From the NCBI RefSeq assembly GCF_902459465.1, contig NC_047082.1, positions 8,122,001 to 8,186,000 of the forward strand: a DNA stretch of 64,000 nucleotides. Direction: 5' to 3'. The position numbers and the translations under genes are program-made. The DNA comes from Asterias rubens (lineage: Eukaryota). Below, piece by piece: positions 48,735-62,267 of the stretch (position 1 is the stretch's first letter; each line of letters begins with the position of its first letter). The notes below the pieces were generated by a model, which made no database searches, was not told where the DNA came from, and worked only from the letters and a program-made list of their open reading frames with translations.

Positions 48735-50650
48735 ATGAAGACGACACTTGGTGGTCATCAGAGCAGCTTGCCTCTTGCTTCCCAATCTCACCTAGCAATG
48801 CATAGAACACGACCAGCAGAGGATGGTGGGATGAAGGGACACGGTCCCAATCACACCTCGACGACGATGATGAGGACATCAAAAGGTAGCGCTGCCTTCA
48901 ACTACACCATGCATGACTGTTACGAGAAACTCAAACAGCTTGTCCCAACCATACCTAAGAACAAGAAAATCACAAGAGTTGAGATTTTACAGCATGTGAT
49001 TGACTATATACAGGACTTGCAATCAGCATTGGAGTCGCACAACATCAATATGAGGACGACGCAGGTCTTACCTGGAGCAAGTAGGACGCCGTTTACAACC
49101 CTCACTCCTCAGCAGAACCTCGGCGATATGTTGAGCGGTTTGGCAGACCTCGAAAACTGCGACTGGCAGAAAGTGAGTGATTTAAATTCCCTAGTACCTC
49201 AGTTATATTGTCCATTGAGGTAGAATCCTACCTCCATGAATTGTCCATGTTGTTATGCTAGACTAGAGAGGAGCGAAACCGATATTTATTAGTATTTGAA
49301 GTACATTGTAATTTCTGTTTAATAAGTATGATTTACTTCCTTCATTCATCATGATATTATGAGAAGGCGATGTTATTTTGTCATGTAATAATTCAACCAG
49401 AATTGTTGCGAAATACGGTGCTTCCCTTTACCTTTCACTTCCGAGGAAACCCATATAGCTGCTATCCCTGTTCAATACGTACATACAGTACATCTTGATG
49501 ATGCGTATGCATTATATTATGTTGATGTGATGGATGGTAGCTCATCTGACATGGTCAGGCGAATTTCCATAGTCATTACAGTTGCACCATTATGATAACT
49601 ACTGCGTTACCATGACGATACAGAAGTCGTCATGGCCGCTGGTTTTTCAGGAAACCAAAAAGTGAAATTGAATTAGGATTGAGCCTCCTTGGCTAGGGTA
49701 GGGGTGTGTTGTTGGTTGGAGACGAGATGCGCGGCACACATTACAGTCTTCAGGAGGAAGCTAGATAGATGATCTTACACACGTTGCTTGCGCGGGTGGT
49801 CGTGGAGAGGGAGAGGTGGCGAAATGGTTAAATTCTGCACATTTTACCAGCCATTCAGAGAAGAACCTGATCCGTTACCATTACAATACACTGGCATGTT
49901 TGTAATTAATTAGAATTTGAGAAATGATGTTGAAGATCGTTACGTTGCCTTACACCGTCTCTCTCCAGAGTTACTTAACTGACGGCTTATGCATAATTAT
50001 ATGATGGAAATCAGGATTGAAAAAAAAAAGGAATTTGGGTTTCCCCTTGGTCCGAGTTGTTTAATTAATTGTGTGTGTGTCAACAAGTGCGTCGCCCATC
50101 TAAACTTGACAGAGAGACAAAAACACAATTGGGTCTGGCATGGCGTGCTATGTTTTGCTGTTTGTCTTGTTCCATTGCTCTGCGGTAAAAGGATAATCAT
50201 ATATACCAGACAGAATGAACCTTTCCTCTTCCTCCATGATGTGTACAAGGAAGGAAATGGGACAGCCTTTATCTAGAGGAACACAACAGCCACTGCCTTC
50301 CTTAGGAAACCCCTCATAGTTCAATGACCGAGCCGGGGGGGGGGGGGGGGTGATGGTTGACCAACAAAATAAATAATTTGAACTTCTCTCTAACCTTTTT
50401 ATGAAATGTACATTGCCCCGAATATGACCCCAAAATAACCCTCTGTCTCCGAGGAATCGCTGGAACAAATTACAAATGGCACCTGCCGTATGTTTTCAAG
50501 ACCCTCCAATTGGTCATGCTAATAATCTATCAACCTCCTCAAGCTGCACTAAGATGGACAGAGGGATGCTATAAATTATTCCCAAAGTTGTGAATCTGTC
50601 AAGACGCTTTTGGGGATGGCAGACGAGGATGATAAACACAACAGTGTCTG

Positions 50651-50688
<38 letters not shown>

Positions 50689-53600
50689 GGGGGGGGGGGT
50701 CATTTTGTAGACAGGAACAGGCTAGTGATTGTCAATCACTATCAAGCTGCCCTACTCGGGTCAAACGACCACTAACTTCCCATTGGTTGTCGGGTCCTTC
50801 GACGCCTCTGGCCTGGCGACGTTGTAGAGGACGTACCATGGTGGTCCACATGTGCCACTTGTTTGATTTATTTACCGAGAAATTACGAGCTGTTTGTGGA
50901 AAATGTTCGGCCGCTGTCCGTGCTGGCGCCAGCAACTACGACCATCGGGGTTGATGTAAGGACATAACCTTAGTTTTGTTTTCAACATCGAAAGTGTTGA
51001 TCGAAAAATAAAAACCTTCAAGGAATGTACGAGTTTTGCAACATCTCTTTTCATGTTCTATAATTGGAATGTGTATTGTTTTAAGAGTACGCACTTTGTT
51101 TTATCAGTGGTTTAGCATTCTTGGGCTTGTAGCTAATCATGCACGAAGTTTGTTATCGAAACTATGCAAAGATTCGATTGTACTGGTGGTGGAAATGACA
51201 TGCCGTGAGGTATCTGCCTGATTATCGTTGTACTTCGCTTCTGATGTGCAAAGCATGGCCAAACATCTGGTTGAACTGTTCTTATAGTGGAAGGAATATC
51301 AGAGAGCTATTTGTAAAATTCGAATATCGGAATCCATCACCATGGGGTAGCAACCCAAGGGCTGTATGGCTGAGCTGATGCTTCAGCTTTATCATCCTTT
51401 AACTGTCAATGACAGTTGTTCTACAGCGGTGTATGATGAGAGCTTGGTCGTTTCCTTGTTCCTTTGATCTAAAGGTATTATTATTATACAGCCGTCGATT
51501 TCACAAAGAGTTGGGACTCGCCCTTTCTCGAGTTTGGACGAGTAACTCGTCCTAACTTAGGATTAATCTTAAGGTATGCATGCTACAGTGCTGGGTTGGG
51601 ACTCGTTTAAAGTCCTAAGATAAGTCTTAAAATAGGAAGAGTTTTGTGAAATCGACGGCTGTGACTGGTAGAGCTGACAAAATACATACAGACAGTGTTC
51701 ATGTTTGGTGTGATCAACCGCATAGGCCTACATGAAAGTACAAGACTTAGAAAATATTATAGACTTGGTCCGTTTAAGTGAGTCAGGAAAAAATGATGGG
51801 TAACAAAACATGCGCAATTTGCAGCACGTAACAACCAAAATCAGCAGTGTTTTTTCGGTTTTCAGAAACAGTTTTCTCGAATAGGCCTCTATAACTCTAT
51901 TTTTAGAGGAAAATTACTCAACTTTCAGAAGAAAAATTACTCAACTTCCAGTAGAAAATACTTCACAGAAATAATGCTCCAAATGCCAGTTAAAACTCCA
52001 GAGAACCAGCTAAATGATTCACACCAAGTGATCAGAATGGCTTAGTTCAGTCTAAAAAGAATCTCTTTTTCATTTGAAATATGGAGCAGTGAAAAAGGTG
52101 CTTAGCTATAGTACTAGTGAAATGCCATGCTAACGGGTCTTGCTGGCCAGTCACTTAAATAGTTAAGGGCAAAACACTACAAGCGCTCTGACATATTTTA
52201 TTAAGGAAATCATGGTTTTATTTCCATTTTGGGAGAGTTTTGAAGGTGTGAGAATACCCACTTACCACACCCTTCTTGGCCAATATTTCCCCTCGCATAG
52301 ATAAATAAATTGTTGATAAGACAAATGAAAGAAAACGATGCATTGGTGTGTTTGGGGTATCGTCTTCAATTCCCTTCAATGCAATCAATCGATCGTCAAG
52401 ACACAATAACCAATAGTTATTTCAAAGATAACAGCTTGCTTGAAGAAGCCAGACTGGTAATTACATTATTGGTGGTCCTTCACCCCATTTCAAATCCATT
52501 TCTATCGATTACTTGGAAACTTTCTTAGAGAGATAATCGAGCTCCCATTCCAGTCCAAGAAACCGATTATATATTGGAACTAAAGAAGCCAGTACACATG
52601 ATATAGACAGCACTGAACGGCAACTAGTTGCTTGCCAAAGCTTGACCCAGTTGCAATCACTTTTTGAAAAAGTGACATTTTGTGTGTGTCATATTTTAAA
52701 CTGAAAAGATTATTTTGGTTGTACTTTTGTTAGAAGCATCCGTAACTTGGGTCGCGCATTTTCGTTGACTGGGTCTGCATTTTGATATTGCAATATATTT
52801 TGTACACAGAGTATCGCGTAGCTAAATTGGCGTCGAACTATCGTGGGAAAGTCATATCATGTGGTTTCGGCTATCTCGAGAATGCATAGCCTGGTGTGCA
52901 GTATCAACAAACACAGTGTTTCGGAATAATATTGAATCTAACACTTTCATAAAGGTTATGAAAACTTAGCTTCAATGCAGACAACAATAATTGTTCTCAC
53001 TTTCTTATTTATCCTGAGAAGTGGATGATTTGAGCGAAGAGGGAGACGTGGGAACCAGGCTCAGTTTGTGGTTTAGAGACGAATGGGTGTGTCATGTACC
53101 CGTTTTGTCATATTATTGAAAACATGTTCTGAAAACACACCACGTGTACATTAAAAAAAAAGTATCGGTAGAGTGGAGTGTACACGGTTTCAGAGAGTTG
53201 AATATTTAGGGCAAAAATTGGAAAGGAACGTTTTCGTTGGTGTCGGGCGGGAATCAAAAACTTAAACCAATTCTTATTACTTCCTTGTTTTAACAGTACA
53301 ACATCTGTACTTGTCTACTCTGCAACTAGTGTACAACACACAAGTTATACCATAGAGTAATACCCACTTTTTAAACACGGTTAAATGATAAACATGCTTA
53401 TCATTTTTACACCTGCTCAAGTCAAAAATAATGGCATTCAATACACACGCGAATCTAAACATATTTAAGATTATACCGTTTATACATTTGAAAACAAGTG
53501 GGTAGGCTTACAAAACTTAATGCTTGAAAATGTACTGAAATTCTAAACGCTGTTTTAAGAGTGAACGTTACAATGATTTTGTCAAAGTGTGGTTTTGTAT

Positions 53601-54244
53601 AAGTATGCGACTTGTGGTGTATTTGTGGGCTATTCACCATTTATGTAAATGGTAGCATATTCTTCCTTCAATCTAAGCGTAGTCAATCAATCACAAATTT
53701 ACTCCATAAAAAAAGACACCGACACGCCTATAGTGCAGGTGATCCTAACATGTGTCCACTGTTTTCGCGTTTTGTTTAGCCTCGTGCACCCGTTTGAGAA
53801 ATATATTCTAGTATTGTTTCCTTGTGACTTGGTTTCACTTCAGATTAAATAAACCTTTTTATAATTGAATGTCGAGGCAGCTGTCAATATGGATAATAAC
53901 CGTGCAGCTGCAGAAGGAGTAGCCGACGAAACACGCATTTTTTACGACTTCCTGCTTGCAGCTTTCTGAACTGTAATTTTCGATCTTCAGAAACGATTCC
54001 TTTTTAGGAACTGCGCCATTATTTATTCTTCCAGGAACAGGTGATATCTCAATCGCCGTAATTGCTAAACCAAGTTTCATGTGGCATAGTTAAATGACTC
54101 TCTTTTTAAATTTTCGATTCGTATTTTTTATTCCCTTTGCAGACACTATTAAGTTTAACATCAGCTGCGAGAGGAACAAAGCTTCACCCGTATGAAACAC
54201 CAGAGAGCTCCCCCGAGTCGATGTCTGCATGTAGTAGTTGCTAA
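48735..54244 (+). CDS. ID: Inhibitor of DNA binding / extramacrochaetae HLH protein, 179 aa
   Basis: Exon 1 48735-49172: MKTT... start, [41 protein letters not shown] with no basic region, ID-type SRTPFTTL motif, donor AAA|GTGAGT. Exon 2 54143-54244 follows TTCCCTTTGCAG ([11 protein letters not shown]...SACSSC*). Exon 2 is less certain than exon 1. Confidence 0.93.
51489..51661. mobile_element. MITE in ID intron 1
   Basis: TIRs CAGCCGTCGATTTCACAAA / TTTGTGAAATCGACGGCTG. Confidence 0.8.
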
Positions 54245-57200
54245 CACTATTTATACAACTGTACATATCTGTTGTATATAGGGAAAAAGGTTAGTTGACA
54301 TCTATCATAACTATATCATAATATATACATACCTCAAAGGTGTAACAATAATACACATATTAAGTCGTTGAATTCTAGCGAAGGAACAGAGAGCTGCAAA
54401 CCTTCTCGACAAATTACCATGAAATGCAAAATTGAACCTGAATTTACCTGTTTTGCTTGCGAGTGATACGGTTTGTAAAAGATGTTTTTTTGTGCAGTTG
54501 AATATTACCTCAAGTTAAAGTAAAAATTAAAAACACATTTTGTATGTATCTAGTTGAAAAAGATTCAGTTCTAAAATGTAGCCAGATCATTATGTTAGTC
54601 CCTGTCTCTATAGTCTTATGACGTTTTCTTTGCAATGTGTGACTAGTTTAGTGTCAACATTTTTTGGCCTTAAAATAGGTCACTGTAACTGTATTCTTAA
54701 GGTACATCATGACACCATTGTTTTTAGGTTGAAGAAAACGCTGTTTAATTTTGTTTCTTCAGAAACTTGATGAATGATTTATATTACCCTCAAGTTGGGA
54801 CACTTTGGGCGCATAGTTGGAATTCTCTGTCGACGATAAATTATGAATGCATTGATATATTTTCTGTTTTCATATCCAGTCGGCTGTGAAATTGAGCCAC
54901 GCTCTATTGCAGATAAATAAATTGCCTGAACTCGCACATAAACATTGGTTTTTATATTCCCCGCCCACTTCTTGGGTCAATCTCGACAAGCCATGTCGTT
55001 AAAAATACGTTGCTTGCTGGAAAGTTTCCACACCCCCGTCTCAATTGCGATGAAAGAGTTAATATTTCTGTTTAAAAAAATCAAACAAATAGTTCAGGCA
55101 GAAATGAGAATAAATAATGAGTAATATTTGATCAGACGTACAATTTCTTTTTCAATATCAAGGTGAATTTTAAAGCACCTGTCCCAACCTGTATCTCTTA
55201 ATTAATCTGTTTTCTTCTTGTCTTTTTTTCTTCCCCCACTGCAGCTGTAAATATCTGAATTGTCTTTATACATAAATCTTATACGTGATCCAGTATCGTC
55301 GCTCTGCATAAATGGAAGGATAGCTGACGCATTGCCTCCGCTCAGACCGTGGGTTGCTTGTTGATGACGCTCCAGTGATGTCATGGGCAAGATGGAGGTG
55401 TTGTGTACCCGCACTTCTGGCTGCTACCTCTGGGTACCCGTAGAGCTACTCCACCAGCGCAAGACGATTACTGCAATCATGCATTATTTATAATATCAAA
55501 TCAGTCGGTTTCAAGAACTAGACATACATTATTATAAAAGTACATGTGTTTACGGTGTTTACGGCGTAGCTTGTTAACACTTAACTAAAATTGGCGCTAC
55601 AAGTACTGTTTTTTTTTCTATTTTAATATTATATTATTATAGTGACCTGATCAACAAAATCTTGAAGACGTTTGATATATTTGAACAAAATTGCCATTGA
55701 AGATCAGTACATATAGTGTTAACTTTATTTTAAAAATATAAAATAAAATAAAAACGACCAATGTTGTTGGACCAACACTCTCATCTTGCATAAAGTATTA
55801 TATAATGTAAACTTTTATTGTATGCTGTGTTCGTCAGGAACTTGGTATGTTAAATTTCAACTGAAAGAATATAGCTTACCAATGGTCCGTCCCCAACTGA
55901 ATGATTGCGTGCCGTTATCGACTCGGGAAAATAAAATAAAAACAGATTTAGTCTTAAGTTGATCTCTCTCCCTTTTGTACTGATAAGTTGGGCGTAACTT
56001 TTGTTAGATTCTGTCCAACCCTTTTTGTAGGTAATGGACTTCGCTGAAGTTGGGAGAGAGTTGCCACGCTAACATCATGTTTACAGCCGGGCATATTATG
56101 ATATTTTTGTTATGCTTACCAAAATGGTTTATCTTATTGAATTTACTCGAGAGTGTAACTGGCGTACTAAAATTACAAACAGTACAACCAATAGCATTAC
56201 ATGTGCTGTATATTCATTTAAACTTCATGTACACCGATGTGTGATATCACTGTATACTCAGTACTTTCCCGAGTTCTGTGAAAAAAAAAATCACATGCAA
56301 TATTAGCATTATGTTAATTAAGCTGTTGTGGCACTACTTAAAAATTGAAGGTTGATATTGCGCGCATCCGCAACCATTCTGTTTGTGTAATGCAGGCCTT
56401 TTTTAAGCAGCTAGGTGAAATTGGGCCATAAGCATTATTAGAGATGCGGTTTTGATTTCTTCATCGTCTCGAAAAAGATTGTTGAAATATTTTAAAACCA
56501 GAGTTTTCCCCTTCCATTTGTGTGACTGAAACCAGGGTATGGTCTGTGTTTATGTCACCACTTTGGAGGTCACTCTGGTGATGACGAGGGCAATGCACGG
56601 ACTCAATAGAGGGCCTTGGTGGTGACAAGCCAAGCAGATGATTGTCACTGTGATCCCTTTAGGACGTCCTTGTGGCCAAGACAATCAGATGGTTTCAATT
56701 TAACTGTTCAACATGACACGATGGCCTTGCGAGACCTAAAACCCATGTGATACTCTGGTCAGAGTTCGGCTACTGAATTTCTATAGTGTTGTACAATTGT
56801 AACAACTGGGTGTGGTTAGGAGACAATGGGTGTTGGGTAGTGTTGAATTCTTGCGCTGTGGGTGTGTTACAAAACTAAATGTAAACGGGAGGACCACATA
56901 CAACAAAATCATCAATCAATCAATCATTCTGATACATGTAAATTTAAAGAAAAATTAATTTGCTCTTAAACAATTATAAGAAACTTGTTGTTAAACAATA
57001 TTTGTATGTGTTCTTAAGGTGCCAACCGAAGAAGACGATCCTTGTCTGATACAACCCCCCCCCCCCGTCACGAGGGTTGACATCTTACTCTGTGCTTGAA
57101 CTCAGTTCTACTCGACTAATAGCTACTACCAATTCAGTTTCTAGATGCTATATTTTTCATACCTCTTAAAATATTAAACCTATGAAAGAAACCTTTCTCT

Positions 57201-57562
57201 GTTGTCACTACCTTGATCACTATTTAATTGTTTTAATGACTGATATTTGTTATGGATGTAATATTTTTATGTTCGAGAAGTGTTGCATTTTCTTGTGGGG
57301 TATGTTGATGCTGTTCTTTTGAAGTGTTGAATCACGATGAGGGTCGGTTTTTATAAAGTGAAAGTACGTGGTCATATGGTGTCTCGTCGTTGACGTAATT
57401 TTATTGTTATGTTATGTCTACTTGTAAAATGGTTGTTACAAAGAAATTAAACAAAATAATACAAAACAAAATTCGAATAATTGCATTCGTGTCTTTTTGT
57501 GTTTGACATTTTTCCCCGTTTGTTTTTTATGACAATGGTACATGTACGTGTACATTCTGTTT

Positions 57563-57899
57563 TTAAAGGATGTTGGTACTTTTTTAAAATGTCCACGGAT
57601 TTACATTAAACTTACAGGGTTTGAAGATAATGATGATGGAAAGCTTCCCTTCAAATATTACTTATTGAGGTGCTGTAGTTGTTGAGAAATGAGTAAACAA
57701 ATTTCATGAAATTACGTTTGTAAATGATTAAAATAATTTTCATGACATTGTTTTACCCATTTCCCAAAAATTACAGCACCTCAGCACATAGTATTATCAG
57801 GGAAGCTTTCTACTATCATTGTCTTCAAACTGTGTAAGTTCAGTGTACATCTGTGGACATTGTGTTTTTTGTCCTACAAAAGTTACATAGACCTTTTAA
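57563..57899. mobile_element. K2 MITE copy
   Basis: Same interior as 38815 (GAAGATAATGAT..GAGGTGCTGTAG..CAGCACCTCAGC), TTAA at both ends. Confidence 0.8.
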
Positions 57900-60800
57900 G
57901 GGTTTGAGATTCATGTGATTTCTCATTACTTAACTCGGATGTTTCTCAAAATATATTTAAGCCCTCAAAATATTTTTGAAAAGAAGTAAAGCAATCGTTC
58001 AAAGGACAATGATGTACATGATTGTACACGCGTATCACATTGTGCCCAAACTTTTTGTTGTCTCGAGGAAGTCGTCCACTTCATAGTTTTAAGATCGGTA
58101 TCCAGAATTGAGATATTATTGACTCAATGCCAGTCTTGAAACTTGTAGGCTTACAGTACTTCGTTATTGAAAGGGCAAGGGCACCAAGACATTTTTCTCC
58201 TTGGTAAAGGGCACCCTAAGAGGAAATTGTTAATTTCCACTGGAGCAATTCTAGATTTCCACTGGAGCAATTCTAGGGCACAAAGGCAACCCAGTGGGCA
58301 TGGAGGCAATCGCATTTGTTGTCAGTGAAGTACCAGGCCTGATGCTGTGAAAAGATGCATGTGGCGGAATTGGGCTACAAAAACCTAATAATCGCTAATT
58401 GGGGTTTAGGGCGCGGCGCGAAAGAGGAAGTCTGTTTTTTAATCACTCTCTGTTTCGCTCCCCTCTCTTTGAGTCGATCCCACCACCCGGCATCTGTGCA
58501 CCGTCCATGATCGGACCAGAGACACCAAAGAACACAGCAAAATAACAAAAATGTGAACATCTGGGCCGTTCCGCTAATATAAACTCAATTTCAGAGAGAG
58601 AAAATGCTTCCATCTGTTAGTGTGTACCCGGTACCCGTACTGTAGAAAGAGCGAACCGTCCCATTTACCATGCCGCAACCAGACGAGTCTGGTCGTAGAG
58701 GGCGCCGTTTAGCAATTTATTCGTGTGACTTGAATGAGTCCAGTAAAAAAATGATTTCCACTCTTCAAAGGGATAGGGAAAACAGGACCTATAGTTGGTC
58801 ATCAACTCCGAAAGAAATTGGAGCAATGACTTACACACTTTTTTAGAAAATAAACTGTGCTGAAAATTGTTTCAAGTTTTATAAAATTATTAATGTTTCA
58901 ATTTGCTGTCCACTCGGAAAGAAAACAAAAACCATGGAATTCCCTTCTTATTAAAGCAAGAGTCGTACGTTAAAACGCCAATTTTTAATATCAGATGAAT
59001 TTGCCCACCATGATAATATCTTGACAGAAAGCAGTGCAAGTTGCCGCAAACAGTATTCTGAAAATGTGTATGGTAGTCTCTTTTGTGTACGTTTAACCAT
59101 TTCCAGAGTGATGCATTATTCCTCCCCCACATCCCACTTGAACACAGTGCCCGACTTGTAATGTATCCGAACCCCGTATCGACTGAATCTACAATATGCT
59201 CCCTACAAACCACAAGAGAAAACGCTGGATGCATTTCATTCCTTAGCAACAATGATTATTCCTGCCTCATTATGATGATGAGAGCAGAAAAAGCATAGCC
59301 CTTCGCGCCTGCACAAACCAAGGCGCAATATGTCATCCCCACTAGCGCCAGGTTGTGTCGTGCATTTGCTCAAATTGGACAAGATTTCTCATGGGTTCTG
59401 CCGTTCAATTCACTCTAATGGAGGTTCGCGTATCGCCAGAATGTCCAACAGTAATCCTATTAGTAGAGAAAATGGCAAAGTTCCCCTGCTGTATACTTTC
59501 TAGCGTGCATCACCAGTGATAGGGTTATGTAGGAGACGCCATCGTTATGTTATTCTTTCCCCCGTTATGTGTTTCTACTGTCAAGCTGTACAGATGGCCA
59601 AGATTTTACACAGAAGTGATTGTGTTTGTGTTGATGATCTGCCGCAAGTCGTTTTCCCAGAGAGTCTGGGACCGTTTGATGTTTAAGTCTCGACAACTGT
59701 TGTCACTTTCTCCCATCTACAAAATGAACTAACTATTATTTGTATTAAGATCAAATTTAGACGTCTTCCAAAAATAAAAAGGGCCTACAATCATGAAGCA
59801 CTCAATGTTTCGGAATAAAACATATTTTTTATTCGAATATCTTCAGGTACTCTATTTGTAAAATGATAAGATTCATTAAAATATTTAGAAAATTTCCTCC
59901 ACCGATTGTTTTTAAAGACAATTTTATGCTAAAAGCTACCCAATAAAATCACCATTCATTAACATCGTGTTCGAATTAAATAAAAATCATTGATTTTATC
60001 ATCAAATGAAACAATATATTGTTTTGATGTATAAAGAACTGTACTTCGAGAGAAAATTCCACCAGTTTTTTGCACAATACAAAACTGAAGATAGCCCTGC
60101 AGCTGGAGCAGATACAAACCAAAATTTAATGACTGATTCAATGAAAATTCCAAACCATATTTTTTTTTTATAGAATCTGCAAAGCCATGAAAAGAACAAC
60201 AAACACAGAGACGTATACCCGCATAATATTTCACCCAGCAGTAGGAATGAATGGCCCCCAGCTAAAAACGTAAGCACATTGGTGGTCTATACACAATCAA
60301 TATGAAAACGTGTCAGGATTTTTCTTTGACGTGAAAGATAACCGTTTTAAATTTAATGAGTTTTTTTCTTTTCGGATTTGTGGTAAGAGTCTATTTCCCT
60401 TTTGGGTAAAAGCAAATCGAATGTGAATGTTCCTGGTGTATTCATACATCTTTGCTATAGGACTGTCACTATAACTAAAGAGTGATGCCTGTCAGTTAAA
60501 TAGAAACACAAACTAATCATAAATAAAGCCAAATAATTTAAAATATTATTGAACAAAATACAAATGTTTTGACTATCTAGTTGGAATACACTCTATCGCC
60601 AATTGTAGATGATTCGCGAAAATAGAAGAAAGAACGAGAACATGTGGATTTGTGCCGAACGAGTGCATTCATTAAAAAACAACTCATTTGACTTACTTCA
60701 TTCATCCCTCAAAACTATTGATTTTATAACGTCACTTCTGTCATTTTAGTGTGTCTTGTAAAATGGACGTCTTAACAAATTCATTGAAGGGTGTATCTCT

Positions 60801-62267
60801 TTTTTTTTTGTGCAATTTAATTTCCTTTAGTTTAAATTGTAATATTGTCTCTATCCATTTATAACGATTTTCACAGAATGAGACCAATACAGCAAACTAT
60901 AACTTCACATCCAATTTAAATAACGATCTCATGTAAAGACATGAAAAAAGAAAGAGTTAAACAATATACAAAGGTATAAATAAAGAGAGAAATTAACCCG
61001 ATGAATTAAGAGAAATGCTTTTCTAACAACCAACTAATTATGCAGGGGTCAGATTAGTCAGCACACTGCTTGTACCCGCACAAAATTCCGTAAAAATAAA
61101 GATGCAGGTATAGTGTTCGCTAAAAAAGGAACTGGCAAAGATGAACGCATCGCTGATAGTGTGACTTGTATACATAATTTAAAAAAATCCACTTGGAAAG
61201 TGTTGCACATCGAAATAACGGCAGCATTTGGGCGACAGACGGTAGGACTTATCCACTCTGGGAAAACACGTTGTTGGTACTTCTCCGGACGGGACTAATT
61301 GCGAGTTTTACACGGGCGAGCGAAGTGAGGCGACAACCGGAGCAAGGAGGGGGACTCTTATCAGAAAACCTGTTCACTAGTTTTCGTTTTTTCCCCTTCT
61401 CTCTATTGGGTTGATTAAAGTGACGACTGTTTTGTGTTCTGACTGTGAAGGGCTCTTCAAGTTGCGAGTAAGGGTCAACACGCTCATTGCAAAATTTTTG
61501 AGTAACGGATTTTTCCCTGTAAAATTACATCACTAGTACAAGTTAAAAAGTTAAATAAAGACGATCAAGTGCGGCATATTTCTTTGAACCGTTTAGCTAC
61601 AAATCGAAAGAAAAAGGACAAATTTTGTGATAACATCCCACAAAAACACCCAAAGTCATCGTGTACAAAGAAACTGATTGTCCGTCGCCCACACAGATCA
61701 GTGTTGCCAGCAATAACAGAATCACAGGCAGCAGTTTGGACTCTCGAGAAATACCGTCATAAAACAGTCGTCGCATCTTCTCCCATCTGGACATCATACG
61801 AGCTTCACTACACATAGCGACGGTAAAACCTGACTGCAGTCAGCTCACTCACACAGTCTCCCATCTTCATCTTCGTTCTCCTCTCTCTTGAGAGTACCTG
61901 TCTTCTAGACATGAGATGCATGGTTTATTTTCTTTGCATATCAAGACAATCTCCCCCGTGCTCCATATGGGCCCATCCCCTTATAATGAGAAATACGCAT
62001 CCATATGGCCTCCTGCTCGATTCAAACCCAACCATTAATCTCGTAAAACCCAAGCAGTGCAGGAGACTTAGACCTCATCTTCCCGACGCGATGCTTCTTC
62101 ATCTCTTTGCTTCTTCTATATTCCCATCGTCTCCCTAAGCCTAACATTATTCTCGTGCTGTTGTAATATATGGATAAGTTACCTGCTTTACGCCCAGCCC
62201 ATACTGCATGTCTATTTTTGTGTGTGGTGGTTTTCAAATAATTTATAAACAAATAATACGTAAAGCC

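Noticed and set aside
58375-58560. 61-aa ORF with a signal-peptide-like start (MFTFLLFCCVLWCLW...)
   Set aside because: It is short and single-exon with no recognisable homology; T-rich DNA produces such hydrophobic starts by chance.
61600-62150. Purine/pyrimidine-skewed region resembling an LTR or decayed ORF
   Set aside because: All frames I translated are interrupted by stops, and I found no paired LTR, PBS or RT motif.
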